Shown here: piece after piece, positions 17,200 to 29,781 of the stretch
Layout of the letters: the number at the start of each line of letters is the position of its first letter
Position numbering within the stretch: position 1 is the stretch's first letter
Origin: Chloroflexota bacterium
Lineage (GTDB): Bacteria; Chloroflexota; Limnocylindria; Limnocylindrales; CSP1-4
Assembly (NCBI GenBank): GCA_031431395.1
Contig: JANPDJ010000026.1
Span: 1-59,639 of the forward strand
Length of the DNA: 59,639 nt
Reading direction: 5' to 3'
Notes under the pieces: generated by a model
Seen by the model: only the letters and a program-made list of their open reading frames with translations
The model's database searches: none
What the model was told of the DNA's origin: nothing
Made by a program: the position numbers and the translations under genes

Positions 17200-17712
17200 C
17201 TAGTAGTGGCCCGGGCGACTGGGGCGCGCGAGCGGCCTGACCGCCGGTTGCTCGGTGCCGCGGACCACGGCACCTGCGGGTACCGGTCCCGCGCTGTACG
17301 CGCGGATTGCCGGGCGCGGCTGCATGCGCTCGACGGGTTCGGACGCATGCGACGGGCGTCCCAGGCGGCCGATCCGGACGGCGAGGTAGTACTCCATGAT
17401 CTGGCGGACCTGGGCCTCGGTCAGCCAATCATCGGCGCGCAGCGCGTACTCCACGCGAGTGGTCGGGTTGACGGCGCCGGCCGAAACCAGGCGCAGGTAC
17501 TGGGGCGTGTCGGCGTCGTCGCGGAGTTCGCGCAGGCCGCGCGCGAGCTTTGTCGCCGTGCCCAGGGACGGCATGCGATCGCCGCGGATGAGACGCGAGA
17601 TCGTGGAGTGGTCCACGCCCGATTGCTGCGCCAGCTGCCGCTGGGACATCTTCTTGATCTTGAGTTGGGCGCGCAGCCATTCGTTGAATGCCCGACCGTT
17701 CTGGGTCGTCAT
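17200..17712 (-). CDS. XRE-family helix-turn-helix transcriptional regulator
   Basis: HTH_3 motif MSQRQLAQQSGVDHSTISRLIRGDRMPSLGTATKLARGL. Confidence 0.8.
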   Translation of the reverse strand: MTTQNGRAFNEWLRAQLKIKKMSQRQLAQQSGVDHSTISRLIRGDRMPSLGTATKLARGLRELRDDADTPQYLRLVSAGAVNPTTRVEYALRADDWLTEAQVRQIMEYYLAVRIGRLGRPSHASEPVERMQPRPAIRAYSAGPVPAGAVVRGTEQPAVRPLARPSRPGHY

Positions 17713-17930
17713 CGTCTGGGGGAATCTCCACTTGGTCGCCGCTGCGAATCCGCCGCAGTGACCGCACTATCGCCCAGGAGACCCGGTTTCCGACATCACC
17801 CGTTCGTACCGGAGTAACCGCCGTCGTGCACCGCCCCCAGGGACACTCTTGTGCGGTTGAGGGCCGTGAGGAACCCGGACCTCCGGGGCTGCGGACGGCG
17901 GGTGGACGGCTCGCGCCGCCCGGTGGCAGC

Positions 17931-19106
17931 TCAGGCGGGGGCGCGACGGGACGGGGGGACGGTATCCGGCGGGTTCGCGTTGCGGAGGCCACGCCCGCGC
18001 CGCAGCGGCGAGACCACGTAGGCGACCGCCCCGAGCACGATGATCGAGAGCACGCTGATCGCGCGATCGACGAGGATGATCGCCCCGGCCTCCGTGGCCG
18101 GCAACCCATAGACCACCGTCAGAAGCCCGGCCACGCCAAGCTCCACGATTCCGAGACCCGCCGGCGTGAGCGGCACGGCCGTGAGCAGCGACCCGGCCAG
18201 CGCGACGAAGAACGCGCCGCTCACCCCAAGGTGAACATCCCGGAATCCCAGCGCCTCGATCACGAGGTAGAGGCGCATTCCCTCGGTCGCCCAGACAAGG
18301 CCGGTGATGACCACGAGCCCGGGCAGGGCGCGGAGCCCGATCGCCCCGAACACGCCCTCCTCGAACCGGTCATAGAGGTCCAGGACGCGATGCGGAAGCG
18401 GCAGCCGCGTGATCAGGCGCCGCCCGAAATTCCGCAGGGTGAGGAGGCCCGCGAGGAGGAGGATCACCACCCCGATGCCCACCGCAAACACGATGCGGAC
18501 CTCGTTCGTGAGGCCCTCCCTGAAGCTCACGAAGCCGGACGCGAGGGCGAGCAGCACGATCGCGAAGAGATCGAGGATGCGCTCGATGAACACGGTCCCG
18601 AACGTCCGGCTCAGCGACACCTCGCTGTTGATCTTGAGCAGGTAGGCCCGGTAGATGTCCCCCAGCTTTGCCGGAACGAGACAGTTGACCAGCCACGAGA
18701 TGAAGATGATCTCCGTAGCGTCCCGGGTTCGGAGTCTTGACCCGGCACCGCGGATCAGCATCGCCCACCGCAGGCCGCGCAGCGGGAAGCCCATGTAGTA
18801 GATCGCGAATGCCGCGCCGAGCAGCAGCGGGTTTGCAGCGAGAATCTTGCCCGGCAGCTCGCCGAGCTTGAAGCCCGGCAGACTCACGACGACCAGCAGA
18901 AGGAGCAGCAGTGGGACGGCGATCGAGATGATCGTCCGCGGCCGGCGAAGGCGGCTGACCAGCGACAGCTGGTCAGCCATCTCCTCGCGCGAGACTTCGC
19001 CCGGCGGATGGTCGATGACACCAAGGACCGATTCGCCGGTCAGCAGCTCCTCATCGGGCCGGTGAAGGTGCGGTCCATCCGCTCCCAGGCCAGTCGATCC
19101 GGTCAC
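17931..19106 (-). CDS. Lysylphosphatidylglycerol-synthase TM-region (flippase-like, UPF0104) membrane protein
   Basis: Roughly 8 TM helices with the segments FPLRGLRWAMLIRG and WLVNCLVPAKLGDIYRAYLL, typical of LPG_synthase_TM proteins. Confidence 0.65.
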   Translation of the reverse strand: MTGSTGLGADGPHLHRPDEELLTGESVLGVIDHPPGEVSREEMADQLSLVSRLRRPRTIISIAVPLLLLLLVVVSLPGFKLGELPGKILAANPLLLGAAFAIYYMGFPLRGLRWAMLIRGAGSRLRTRDATEIIFISWLVNCLVPAKLGDIYRAYLLKINSEVSLSRTFGTVFIERILDLFAIVLLALASGFVSFREGLTNEVRIVFAVGIGVVILLLAGLLTLRNFGRRLITRLPLPHRVLDLYDRFEEGVFGAIGLRALPGLVVITGLVWATEGMRLYLVIEALGFRDVHLGVSGAFFVALAGSLLTAVPLTPAGLGIVELGVAGLLTVVYGLPATEAGAIILVDRAISVLSIIVLGAVAYVVSPLRRGRGLRNANPPDTVPPSRRAPA

Positions 19107-19840
19107 TGTGCGGCCTCCGGACCCGCGGCGAATGCTACCGGCCGGCCGTTGCCGCGTGACCGCTGGATCACCTTGGCGACCGGGGTGATCAGGCGGACGA
19201 GGTACGAAGATCGACCGGGGACCACGGTCACGCCCGCCGCAAGGGCGGTACGAAGGCCCTCGGGCGTACCCGGGTCGCCGGTGAGAATGGAGTAGGCGTC
19301 GGCCACCTCAAGGACTGTATGCGCGTCGGACACGGCGACCCCCGGGAGCCCGTGGGCGAGGGCGAACTCGGCGGCGCGATCGTTGCCGCGCCCGACCAGG
19401 CGCGCGTTGAAGGATTCCACCCAGTCCACCCGGCCGGCGAGACCGGCCAGACCGGCGTCGCGCAGGATCGAGTTCCGGAAGCGGTCGAATGGATGGGGAA
19501 TGCCCACGAGCCCGCCCTGCGCCCGGACCTCGGCGATCGTCTCCAGGGCCGGCCGCCCTGGGGCGATGGGCCGTTCCAGGAACAGGCAGATGAGATCGCC
19601 GTCCGCCGTCCGGCATTCCTCGCCCACGATCACTGTGAGCCCCGCGGGTGCGACGTCGCGCGCCCGGAGGGCCCCTTCGATGCGGTCATGGTCCGTGATG
19701 GCGATGTGCGTGAGGCCGCGGGCCGCCGCCGCGCGAACGACGGACCGGGGATTCGCAAGCGAATCGAAGCTGGCCGAGGTGTGGCAGTGCAGGTCCACGA
19801 AGGCCCGCGGCCCGGGCAGATCCCCCGTTTGGGCCATCAT
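19103..19840 (-). CDS. PHP-domain metal-dependent phosphoesterase
   Basis: Motifs FVDLHCHTSASFDS and HIAITDHDRIEG. The stop overlaps the start of the downstream gene. Confidence 0.75.
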   Translation of the reverse strand: MMAQTGDLPGPRAFVDLHCHTSASFDSLANPRSVVRAAAARGLTHIAITDHDRIEGALRARDVAPAGLTVIVGEECRTADGDLICLFLERPIAPGRPALETIAEVRAQGGLVGIPHPFDRFRNSILRDAGLAGLAGRVDWVESFNARLVGRGNDRAAEFALAHGLPGVAVSDAHTVLEVADAYSILTGDPGTPEGLRTALAAGVTVVPGRSSYLVRLITPVAKVIQRSRGNGRPVAFAAGPEAAQ

Positions 19841-19849
19841 CGCCGCGGG

Positions 19850-20845
19850 TCAGACGGCGAGCGTGAGCGACTTCTTGAAGAAGTCGAAGTGCTCCAGGGC
19901 GAGGCCCGTTCCCAGCGCAACGCAATTGAGCGGGTTCTCGGCGACGTGGCACGGCACGCCGGTCACCTGGGTCAGCAGCTTGTCGATGTTGCGCAGGAGC
20001 GCGCCTCCGCCGGACATCACCATGCCCTTGTCGATGATGTCGGAGCTGAGCTCCGGCGGCGTCTGTTCCAGGACCAGCCGGACCGCGCTTACCAGCTGCT
20101 GCAGGGGTGACTCGATCGCCTCCATGACTTCGGAGCTGGTGATGGGGATCGTACGCGGCAGGCCGGCAATGAGGTCGCGGCCGCGGACCTCCATCTGCAG
20201 TTCCCGCTCCAGCGGCAGCGCCGTGCCGATCTGGATCTTGACCTCCTCGGCCGTGCGCTCGCCCACCATCAGGTTGTACTTCCTGCGGATGTAGGTGGCG
20301 ATGGCATCGTCGAACCGGTTGCCGCCCACTCGCAGGCTGTGGGACACCACGATGCCGCCGAGCGCGATCACCGCGATCTCGCTGGTCCCACCGCCGATGT
20401 CGATGATCATGTTCCCGGACGGCCCGCTGATGGGCACGTTCGCACCGATCGCCGCGGCAAGCGGCTCCTCGATGAGATACGCGGCGCGGGCCCCCGCCTT
20501 CAGGGCTGCGTCGCGGACGGCACGCTTCTCGACACTGGTCACGCCGGCAGGAACGCTGATCATCACGTCCGGCTTGCGGAAGCTTGCCCGACCACGGACC
20601 TTCCCGATGAAGTGGGTGAGCATGGCCTCCGTGATCACGTAGTCTGCGATCACGCCGTCCTTCATGGGTCGGATGGCCTGGATGTTGCCGGGGGTGCGGC
20701 CGATCATCTGGCGCGCTTCCTCCCCCACCGCAACGATCCGGTTGTCGTCGCTGACGGCGACGACGGACGGCTCCTGGATGACGATGCCCTTGCCCTCGAC
20801 GTAGACCAGGACGTTGGCCGTGCCGAGATCGATGCCGATCTTCAT
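19850..20845 (-). CDS. mreB: Rod shape-determining protein MreB
   Basis: Actin-fold motifs [13 protein letters not shown] and [14 protein letters not shown]. The start overlaps the murA stop. Confidence 0.92.
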   Translation of the reverse strand: MKIGIDLGTANVLVYVEGKGIVIQEPSVVAVSDDNRIVAVGEEARQMIGRTPGNIQAIRPMKDGVIADYVITEAMLTHFIGKVRGRASFRKPDVMISVPAGVTSVEKRAVRDAALKAGARAAYLIEEPLAAAIGANVPISGPSGNMIIDIGGGTSEIAVIALGGIVVSHSLRVGGNRFDDAIATYIRRKYNLMVGERTAEEVKIQIGTALPLERELQMEVRGRDLIAGLPRTIPITSSEVMEAIESPLQQLVSAVRLVLEQTPPELSSDIIDKGMVMSGGGALLRNIDKLLTQVTGVPCHVAENPLNCVALGTGLALEHFDFFKKSLTLAV

Positions 20846-22188
20846 GAAGTGGTGGCCGGGACCCCTTCCGCGACGCGTTCGATCCGGGCGCCCAGATCGA
20901 GGAACTTGCGTTCGATGTTCTCATACCCCCGGTGGACGTGATGCGCACCGTGAATCGTGGTCCGCCCGGTGGCGGCGAGGGCTGCGAGGATCAGGGAAGC
21001 GCCAGCCCGGAGGTCGCCGATCTCAACTTCCGCTCCGCGGAGCCGGCTGCGGCCGGTGATCGCCGCGTGATGCCCGTCGATGATCCGGACGTCGGCACCC
21101 ATTCGCGCCAGTTCGGTCAGCCAGTCCAGGCGATCCTCGAAGATGGTCTCCTCGATGTGGGATGTCCCGGCGGCCTGGCTCAGCAGGACGCCCAGGGGCG
21201 GCTGGAGGTCCGTGGCAAGGCCAGGATAGGGCGCGGTGCGGATGTCGCGCGCGCGATAGCCGCCACGCTCCAGTGCGGTGCCGTCAACGTGGATGGAGTC
21301 GCCGTCGCTCCGGACCGGCAGCCCGATCGCGTCGAGGGTCTCCAGCATGGCGGCGAGATGGGCCTGTGGCGCGCCATGGAGCGTGACCTGGCCGCCGGTC
21401 ACACCGGCCGCCACGATGAAGGTGCCCGCTTCGATCCGGTCCGGCACGACCGCGTGATCCGCACCGCGAAGGCGTCGCCGGCCCTCGATTTCGATCGTGT
21501 CGGGTGCCGTCCGCTCCACCTCGGCGCCCATCCTGCAAAGGAACGCGATCAGGTCGTCCACCTCTGGCTCCCGGGCGGCCGGACGGATCGTCGTGTGGCC
21601 CTCGGCGAGCGTCGCCGCGAGCATCGCGTTCTCCGTGCCCATGACGGTCACCTGGGGGAACGTGATCGCGGCGCCGCGCAGGCGCCCAGGGGCCTGGACG
21701 AAGTAGTAGCCGTAGCGGTACTCGATCTCGGCCCCCAGGGCGCGCATGGCGTCAACATGGAGGTTGACCGGCCGCCGGCCGATCCGGTCGCCGCCCGGGT
21801 TGCTGATGATCACCCGCCCGAAGCGACTGAGCAGCGGTCCCAGCAGGATGAAGCTGGCACGCATCTGCGCGGCAGCTTCGAGCGGGACGAACAGCCAGTC
21901 CACGTCGCCCGACGCGATCTCGTACACGTTCGGCGCCGGATGGTCGACGACGACACCGAGGTGACGCAGTGTTTCGGCCATCACGCGCACGTCCTCGATC
22001 TCGGGGACGTTCGTGAACCGGCAGCGCTCGCCCGTCAGGACGGCCGCCGCCATCAGCTTCAGTGCGGCGTTCTTCGCACCGCTGATCTGCACGGATCCTG
22101 CCAGGGGCAGACCGCCGTCGATCCGGAAGACCTCCCGGGCGACCGGTTCCGGTCGGTACTCCCAGTGGAACGGTCGCGCCTCGGCCAT
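20842..22188 (-). CDS. murA: UDP-N-acetylglucosamine 1-carboxyvinyltransferase
   Basis: Full-length MurA pattern ([17 protein letters not shown]; [15 protein letters not shown]; TEDRLDW-type C-terminus). Asp occupies the active-site Cys position. Confidence 0.93.
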   Translation of the reverse strand: MAEARPFHWEYRPEPVAREVFRIDGGLPLAGSVQISGAKNAALKLMAAAVLTGERCRFTNVPEIEDVRVMAETLRHLGVVVDHPAPNVYEIASGDVDWLFVPLEAAAQMRASFILLGPLLSRFGRVIISNPGGDRIGRRPVNLHVDAMRALGAEIEYRYGYYFVQAPGRLRGAAITFPQVTVMGTENAMLAATLAEGHTTIRPAAREPEVDDLIAFLCRMGAEVERTAPDTIEIEGRRRLRGADHAVVPDRIEAGTFIVAAGVTGGQVTLHGAPQAHLAAMLETLDAIGLPVRSDGDSIHVDGTALERGGYRARDIRTAPYPGLATDLQPPLGVLLSQAAGTSHIEETIFEDRLDWLTELARMGADVRIIDGHHAAITGRSRLRGAEVEIGDLRAGASLILAALAATGRTTIHGAHHVHRGYENIERKFLDLGARIERVAEGVPATTS

Positions 22189-22258
22189 ACGCTGGCAACC
22201 TCCCCGAAGAACTGGCTATCGCCCTCCGAGGGCCGGGGCGACGCGCCTGTCAGCCATC

Positions 22259-22687
22259 CTACCCGCGGTGTCGCGGACCCTCCCGGTGCCGCCGTTCAGC
22301 CACGCGGATGCGCAGCAGTGCGTGCTGGAGGGCAGCTCGCGCCGCTGCCAGGTCCGCGGGCTCGTTGGCCGCGGTCTCGAGGGTCCGCTCGGCCTCGCGA
22401 CGCGCCTGCTGGGCGCGCTCGAGATCGATGTCCGAGGCAAGGTCGGCGGTCTCGGCCATCACCACCACCTTGTCCGGCCGGACCTGGAGAAAGCCGCCGA
22501 CGATCGCGAACGACTCCTCCGTTGTGCCCTTCCGGATGCGCAGTTCGCCCACGCCGAGCGTAGTGAGCAGCGGGGCGTGATGTGGCAGGATGCCCAACTC
22601 GCCCTCGATGCCGGGCACCACCACGATGTCCACGTCGTCGGAATACGCCAGGCGTTCCGGCGTCACGATTTCAAGATGCAGCGTCAC
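22259..22687 (-). CDS. atpC: F1 ATP synthase epsilon subunit
   Basis: LEIVTPERLAYSDDVDIVVVPGIEGELGILPHHAPLLT. It is the last gene of the atp cluster. Confidence 0.9.
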   Translation of the reverse strand: MTLHLEIVTPERLAYSDDVDIVVVPGIEGELGILPHHAPLLTTLGVGELRIRKGTTEESFAIVGGFLQVRPDKVVVMAETADLASDIDLERAQQARREAERTLETAANEPADLAAARAALQHALLRIRVAERRHREGPRHRG

Positions 22688-22772
22688 TGGACCAACCTCA
22701 GCAGGGCCGTCGCCCGACGATGTGTTCGCACGTCACGGACGCCGGGCGGCACGCTGCCGCGCCGGACCGCGC

Positions 22773-24311
<1,539 letters not shown>

Positions 24312-25163
24312 CTAACGGGCGCGTGCGCCTGTGGCGATCTCGATCATTTCGCGGGTGATGTTGGCCTGGCGGACCTTGTTGTACGAGAGCGTCAGGTCTT
24401 CGATCAGTTCCTCGGCATTGTCCGTGGCGTTCTTCATCGCGACCATCCGGCTGGACTCCTCGCTCGCCTTCGCCTCGAGGACCGCCTGGTAGAGACGGGT
24501 GGCCACGTAGCGCGGCAGAAGCTGCTCCAGGACCGCCGCCGGATTGGGCTCGAAGATGAACTGGTTCCCGGGGATGCCTGAGGTGTCGCCCGACGCCTGG
24601 ATGGGCAGCATGCGGTACAGCGTGGGCCGCTGCGTGAGCGTGGACACGAAGTGGCTGTAGACGATGTCGATCCGGCCGGCCGAGCCGGACAGGAAGTCAT
24701 CCGTGACGAGTCGCGAGAGCGGGACTACATCGGCGAACGTCGGCCGATCCCCGAAGCCGTCGAAGTGCGCCTCGATCGGCACGCCGGCGCGGCGCATCGC
24801 GTCGCGACCCTTGCGGCCCACGGTGACCAGCGACAGGTTCCCGCGGTCCTCGATGATCTGCTGTGCCGTGAACCGGACGAGGTTCGAGGTGAACGGTCCG
24901 GCCAGTGGCCGGTCCGTGGAGATCAGCACGATGAGGCGCTTGCCCTCGGACCGCTGGGCCAGGAGCGGGTGCTCCTCGCCGCTCAGCACGGTGGCGAGGT
25001 CGGCAAGGACCTCGTCAAGCTTCTCGGCGTACGGGCGGGACGCCAGCGTCGCATCCTGTGCGCGCCGCAGCTTGGACGCTGCCACGAACTGCATCGCCCG
25101 CGTGATCTGGCGGATGTTCCGGACCGACCCGATGCGGCGCCGGATCTCCCGCTGACTAGCCAT
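24312..25163 (-). CDS. atpG: F1 ATP synthase gamma subunit
   Basis: The conserved N-terminus MASQREIRRRIGSVRNIRQITRAMQFVAASKLRRAQ begins at the internal ATG (25163). The track ORF extension to 25241 was trimmed. Confidence 0.9.
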   Translation of the reverse strand: MASQREIRRRIGSVRNIRQITRAMQFVAASKLRRAQDATLASRPYAEKLDEVLADLATVLSGEEHPLLAQRSEGKRLIVLISTDRPLAGPFTSNLVRFTAQQIIEDRGNLSLVTVGRKGRDAMRRAGVPIEAHFDGFGDRPTFADVVPLSRLVTDDFLSGSAGRIDIVYSHFVSTLTQRPTLYRMLPIQASGDTSGIPGNQFIFEPNPAAVLEQLLPRYVATRLYQAVLEAKASEESSRMVAMKNATDNAEELIEDLTLSYNKVRQANITREMIEIATGARAR

Positions 25164-25306
25164 TCTGAACGCCCCATGTTGCGCGCGGCGACGTTGCGGC
25201 GGCCCGAGGCAAGGCGCCGGCGAGCACGCGGGCGTGCGCACTCGGTCGTGCGTGAGCGAGTGAGCGGAGGCGGCAACGCCGTATCGGGGCGATCACAGCG
25301 TTGCCG

Positions 25307-26839
<1,533 letters not shown>

Positions 26840-26879
26840 GCGTTCTCCGATCGGGTGCAGGCGCTCGCTGGGGCGGCGA

Positions 26880-27434
26880 TCAGCCGCCGACGCGGGCTCC
26901 TGCCAGAAGCTGCTCCCGGAGCCGCTCCAGGCGGCCCCGCACACTTGCGTCGATGAGGCGATCGCCGATCTTCACGGTGAGACCGCCGATGAGCGCGGGA
27001 TCCACGGCGGTCTGGACATCGACCGTGGTGCCGGTGAGTTGCGCGACGCGAGCCCGGATGGCCGTGTCCTCGTCGCCGGTGAGTGGTGTGGCGCTGGTGA
27101 CGAGCGCCGACACGATGCCGCGCTCCCGGTTGAGCAGCCGCTGGTATTCGGCCGCGATGGGCCCCAGCAGGTCGAGATTGCCGCGCTGCACAAGCAGGCG
27201 GACCAGGTTGAATGCGGGCTTCGAGATGCGGCTGGCGAGCAGCTGCTCAACGATCGTCTCGCGCTCGGAGAGCGGTTTCATCGGGCTCTTCACGACACGG
27301 GCGACCTGCTCGTTGGCCGTGACCTCGGCCGCAAGTCGCAGGTCGTCGCGCCAGCGATCCAGCGCGTTGTCACGACCGGCGATCTCGAAGACCGCCTCGG
27401 CGTAGCGACGGGGCGCGCTCCCTCCGCGGGCCAT
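26880..27434 (-). CDS. atpH: F1 ATP synthase delta (OSCP) subunit
   Basis: [12 protein letters not shown]...[23 protein letters not shown]. The start is at the internal ATG 27434. Confidence 0.85.
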   Translation of the reverse strand: MARGGSAPRRYAEAVFEIAGRDNALDRWRDDLRLAAEVTANEQVARVVKSPMKPLSERETIVEQLLASRISKPAFNLVRLLVQRGNLDLLGPIAAEYQRLLNRERGIVSALVTSATPLTGDEDTAIRARVAQLTGTTVDVQTAVDPALIGGLTVKIGDRLIDASVRGRLERLREQLLAGARVGG

Positions 27435-27453
27435 CAGCGCCTCTCCCCGGCCA

Positions 27454-28035
27454 TCAGCTCTTCGAACCTGCGGACGGGGTGGCGGTCTCGCGGAGGAACT
27501 CCTCCACGAGCCGGCGCTGGCGCGGTTCGTCCATGGACTCGCCCACGATCTTGCCCGCGGCCTCGAGCGCAAGGCTCGCAACTTCGGCACGCAGGTCTGC
27601 CATCGCACGCAGCTTCTCGGCCTGGATGTCCTCCGCGGCCCGATGCCGCATCCGCTCCAGTTCGTCGCGGGTGGCGGCGATGTCGGCGTCCCGGGTCTCC
27701 TGAGCCACCTTCTGAGCGCGGTTCAGGATGTCGTTCGCTTCCCGGCGCGCCTCGCTGAGAGCGGCGACACGCTCGGTTTCGGCCTGACCACGGTCACGCC
27801 GCGCCTGTTCGGCATCGCGCAGTCCCGTTTCGATCCGTACACGACGCTCGTCGAGCATCTTCGATACGGGCTTGAAGGCGAGAGCCCACAGGGCGACCAG
27901 CAGCAGCGCGAAATTGAGGGCCGCGACGATGATCCAGAACAGGTTGATCTGGAGACCGCCGCCTGCGCCTTCTTCCGCGGCGAGGGCTGCCCTCGCCGCC
28001 CCGGCCGCGTCGACGGCGACGGCTAGCAGATCCAC
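27454..28035 (-). CDS. atpF: Fo ATP synthase subunit b
   Basis: A single N-terminal TM helix (LFWIIVAALNFALLLVALW) followed by a long charged coiled coil. Its position is between atpE and atpH. Confidence 0.8.
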   Translation of the reverse strand: MDLLAVAVDAAGAARAALAAEEGAGGGLQINLFWIIVAALNFALLLVALWALAFKPVSKMLDERRVRIETGLRDAEQARRDRGQAETERVAALSEARREANDILNRAQKVAQETRDADIAATRDELERMRHRAAEDIQAEKLRAMADLRAEVASLALEAAGKIVGESMDEPRQRRLVEEFLRETATPSAGSKS

Positions 28036-28053
28036 GTTGACGATCCGCCTGCG

Positions 28054-28266
28054 CTACTTGAGGACGATTGCCAGGATGCCGACGACGATCGCCAGCACGC
28101 CCAGGCCTTCGGCGAATGCCGCGCCGAGGATGAAGGTGGCGCGGATCGACGCCGTTGCCTCGGGATTGCGCCCGATTGCGGCGGTCGAGAGGCCGGTGAG
28201 GATGCCGATGCCGATGCCCGGTCCAATGACCCCCAGGGCGGCAAGGCCGGCGCCGATGTGCTCCAT
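28054..28266 (-). CDS. atpE: Fo ATP synthase subunit c
   Basis: 70 aa: MEHIGAGLAALGVIGPGIGIGIL...RNPE...FAEGLGVLAIVVGILAIVLK. AGGAGG sits upstream of the internal ATG at 28266. The track extension was trimmed. Confidence 0.9.
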   Translation of the reverse strand: MEHIGAGLAALGVIGPGIGIGILTGLSTAAIGRNPEATASIRATFILGAAFAEGLGVLAIVVGILAIVLK

Positions 28267-28348
28267 GTGCTGGTTCTCCTCCTGTGTCGTCCGGGCGGGT
28301 GCCCGGATCAGCGCTGGAATGGACGAAGACGGTCGATGGGACCCGTGA

Positions 28349-29440
28349 TCAATGGTGCGCGGCCGGCTCCATCCCGGCGAGAGGCAGGCCCATGGCCCCC
28401 TCGCGATCGTGTTCAACGGCCGGAGCGGCGTGCTCCTCGTCTCCGTGGCTCTCGATCGCGATCAGGGTGTACATGAGCGTCAGCACGCTGAAGATCAGCG
28501 CCTGGACGAAATTGAGCAGTACCTCGAGGCCGAGGAGGGCGACCGGGACGACGGCGATGGTGAGTGCGGTGATGACACCAATGGCCAGCTCGCCACCGAA
28601 GATGTTGCCGAAGAGGCGCATCGCCAGCGTGACCGGCTTGATGAACTCGAGCATGAACTCGATGAAGCCCACGTAGAGGGCGATGAAGCCCGCGGCGGGT
28701 CCCTCCTTGAAGCCCTTCAGGCTGAAGAACTTGCCCAAATAGCCGCGCACGCCGAGCCTTCGGAACCCCTCGGCCTGGAAGATCACGAAACTGACCAGGG
28801 CAAGGCCCAGCGTGACGTTGACGTCGCTCGTTGGGGCGCGGAGGAACTCCAGCTTCCCGACGAACGGCAGGAGGCCGGTCCAGTTCGACAGCAGGACGAA
28901 CAGGAACACGCCGGCAAACAGCGGGACGTATCGCCGCGCGCCCGGGCCACCCAGCGAGATGGCGAAGTTCGAGAGCATCTCGTACACGAGCTCGAACGCG
29001 TTCTGGACCCCGCGCGGCACCATCTTCAGGCCGCGAGTCGCGAGGAAGGCCAGTACGAGGATCAGGCCCATGACGATCCACATCGTCAGGAGGGATGCCG
29101 TGATGCTGGGATGGAAGAAGACGATCGCACCAGCGGCTACGGGATCACCCGGGGCAAGGTCCAGGACGACGTGCGGGGCCGGAAGCTCAAAGTTCGCCCC
29201 GATGAGATCTGCGATCCCGCCGACGGGCTGGCCCGGTTTGCCGGGCGCGTAGGGCGGTACCACCAGGAACGCCACGATGTCGAGCAGGACGACGGCACCG
29301 ATGAGAGCCAGCGCGACATTCCGCCGGCTGCGGGGCGCGCCGGACTGCGGTGGGTTTGCCGCGGGGACCTGGGGCGCTGCGTCGGTCTCACGTTGACCGG
29401 TCGTCGCGCGCTCGTCACTCGACAAGACGTTGCTCCACAC
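28349..29440 (-). CDS. atpB: Fo ATP synthase subunit a (with N- and C-terminal extensions; start uncertain)
   Basis: The conserved core is RLFGNIFGGELAI (essential Arg), with TM helices typical of subunit a. About 60 extra N-terminal residues include one additional TM helix. Confidence 0.85.
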   Translation of the reverse strand: MWSNVLSSDERATTGQRETDAAPQVPAANPPQSGAPRSRRNVALALIGAVVLLDIVAFLVVPPYAPGKPGQPVGGIADLIGANFELPAPHVVLDLAPGDPVAAGAIVFFHPSITASLLTMWIVMGLILVLAFLATRGLKMVPRGVQNAFELVYEMLSNFAISLGGPGARRYVPLFAGVFLFVLLSNWTGLLPFVGKLEFLRAPTSDVNVTLGLALVSFVIFQAEGFRRLGVRGYLGKFFSLKGFKEGPAAGFIALYVGFIEFMLEFIKPVTLAMRLFGNIFGGELAIGVITALTIAVVPVALLGLEVLLNFVQALIFSVLTLMYTLIAIESHGDEEHAAPAVEHDREGAMGLPLAGMEPAAHH

Positions 29441-29478
29441 ACAGGAAGCGCGGCGACCATCGCCGCGCCACCGATCAG

Positions 29479-29700
29479 TTAGTCGAACCTGGCCAGGAAC
29501 CTGGTGATGAGCCGGTAGGCGGCCCGAGCACCGATGCTCGCTCCACCCAGAAGACCGACCAGGACAAACACGGGGAGGGTCCCGACCTGCTTGTCCAACC
29601 AGTAACCGGCCAGGGTGCCAACCAGAGTCGTGACCAGGAGAACGAGGCCGATTTCGGAGAAGAGGGCGAGATAAGCCCCGCCCTTTCCGGGCTCGATCAT
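29479..29700 (-). CDS. atpI: AtpI/AtpZ-family small membrane protein
   Basis: 73 aa with two TM helices (YLALFSEIGLVLLVTTLVGTLAGYWLD; LPVFVLVGLLGGASIG), directly upstream of atpB. The start is at the internal ATG 29700 of a longer track ORF. Confidence 0.7.
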   Translation of the reverse strand: MIEPGKGGAYLALFSEIGLVLLVTTLVGTLAGYWLDKQVGTLPVFVLVGLLGGASIGARAAYRLITRFLARFD

Positions 29701-29723
29701 GGGCGACCTGACAAGGCGGGGGT

Positions 29724-29753
29724 AGTGTAGCAGGTGGTCTTTCGGCTGATCAA
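29724..29753 (-). promoter_or_regulatory. Candidate atp operon promoter TTGATC-18 nt-(TGc)TACACT
   Basis: The minus strand reads TTGATCAGCCGAAAGACCACCTGCTACACT. The -10 has an extended TGn. It ends about 24 nt upstream of the atpI ATG. Confidence 0.45.
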
Positions 29754-29781
29754 ACCCGTTGCCACGGCTGATCAAACCCGT
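29743..29781. repeat. Perfect 17-nt tandem direct repeat CGGCTGATCAAACCCGT, two copies separated by 5 nt
   Basis: The copies at 29743-29759 and 29765-29781 are identical (22-nt period). Copy 1 carries the -35 of the atp promoter. Copy 2 spans the wecA stop codon (29772-29774). Confidence 0.95.

Noticed and set aside
17158-17817. A 219-aa plus-strand ORF overlapping the XRE regulator locus.
   Set aside because: The minus-strand frame encodes a clear HTH_3 motif. The plus-strand translation is Arg/Ala/Gly-rich with no recognisable domain.
29743-29781. The direct repeat as a CRISPR remnant or a mobile-element end.
   Set aside because: There are only two 17-nt copies with a 5-nt spacer. No cas genes, transposase or target-site duplication context is present. 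I interpret it as promoter/operator architecture instead.
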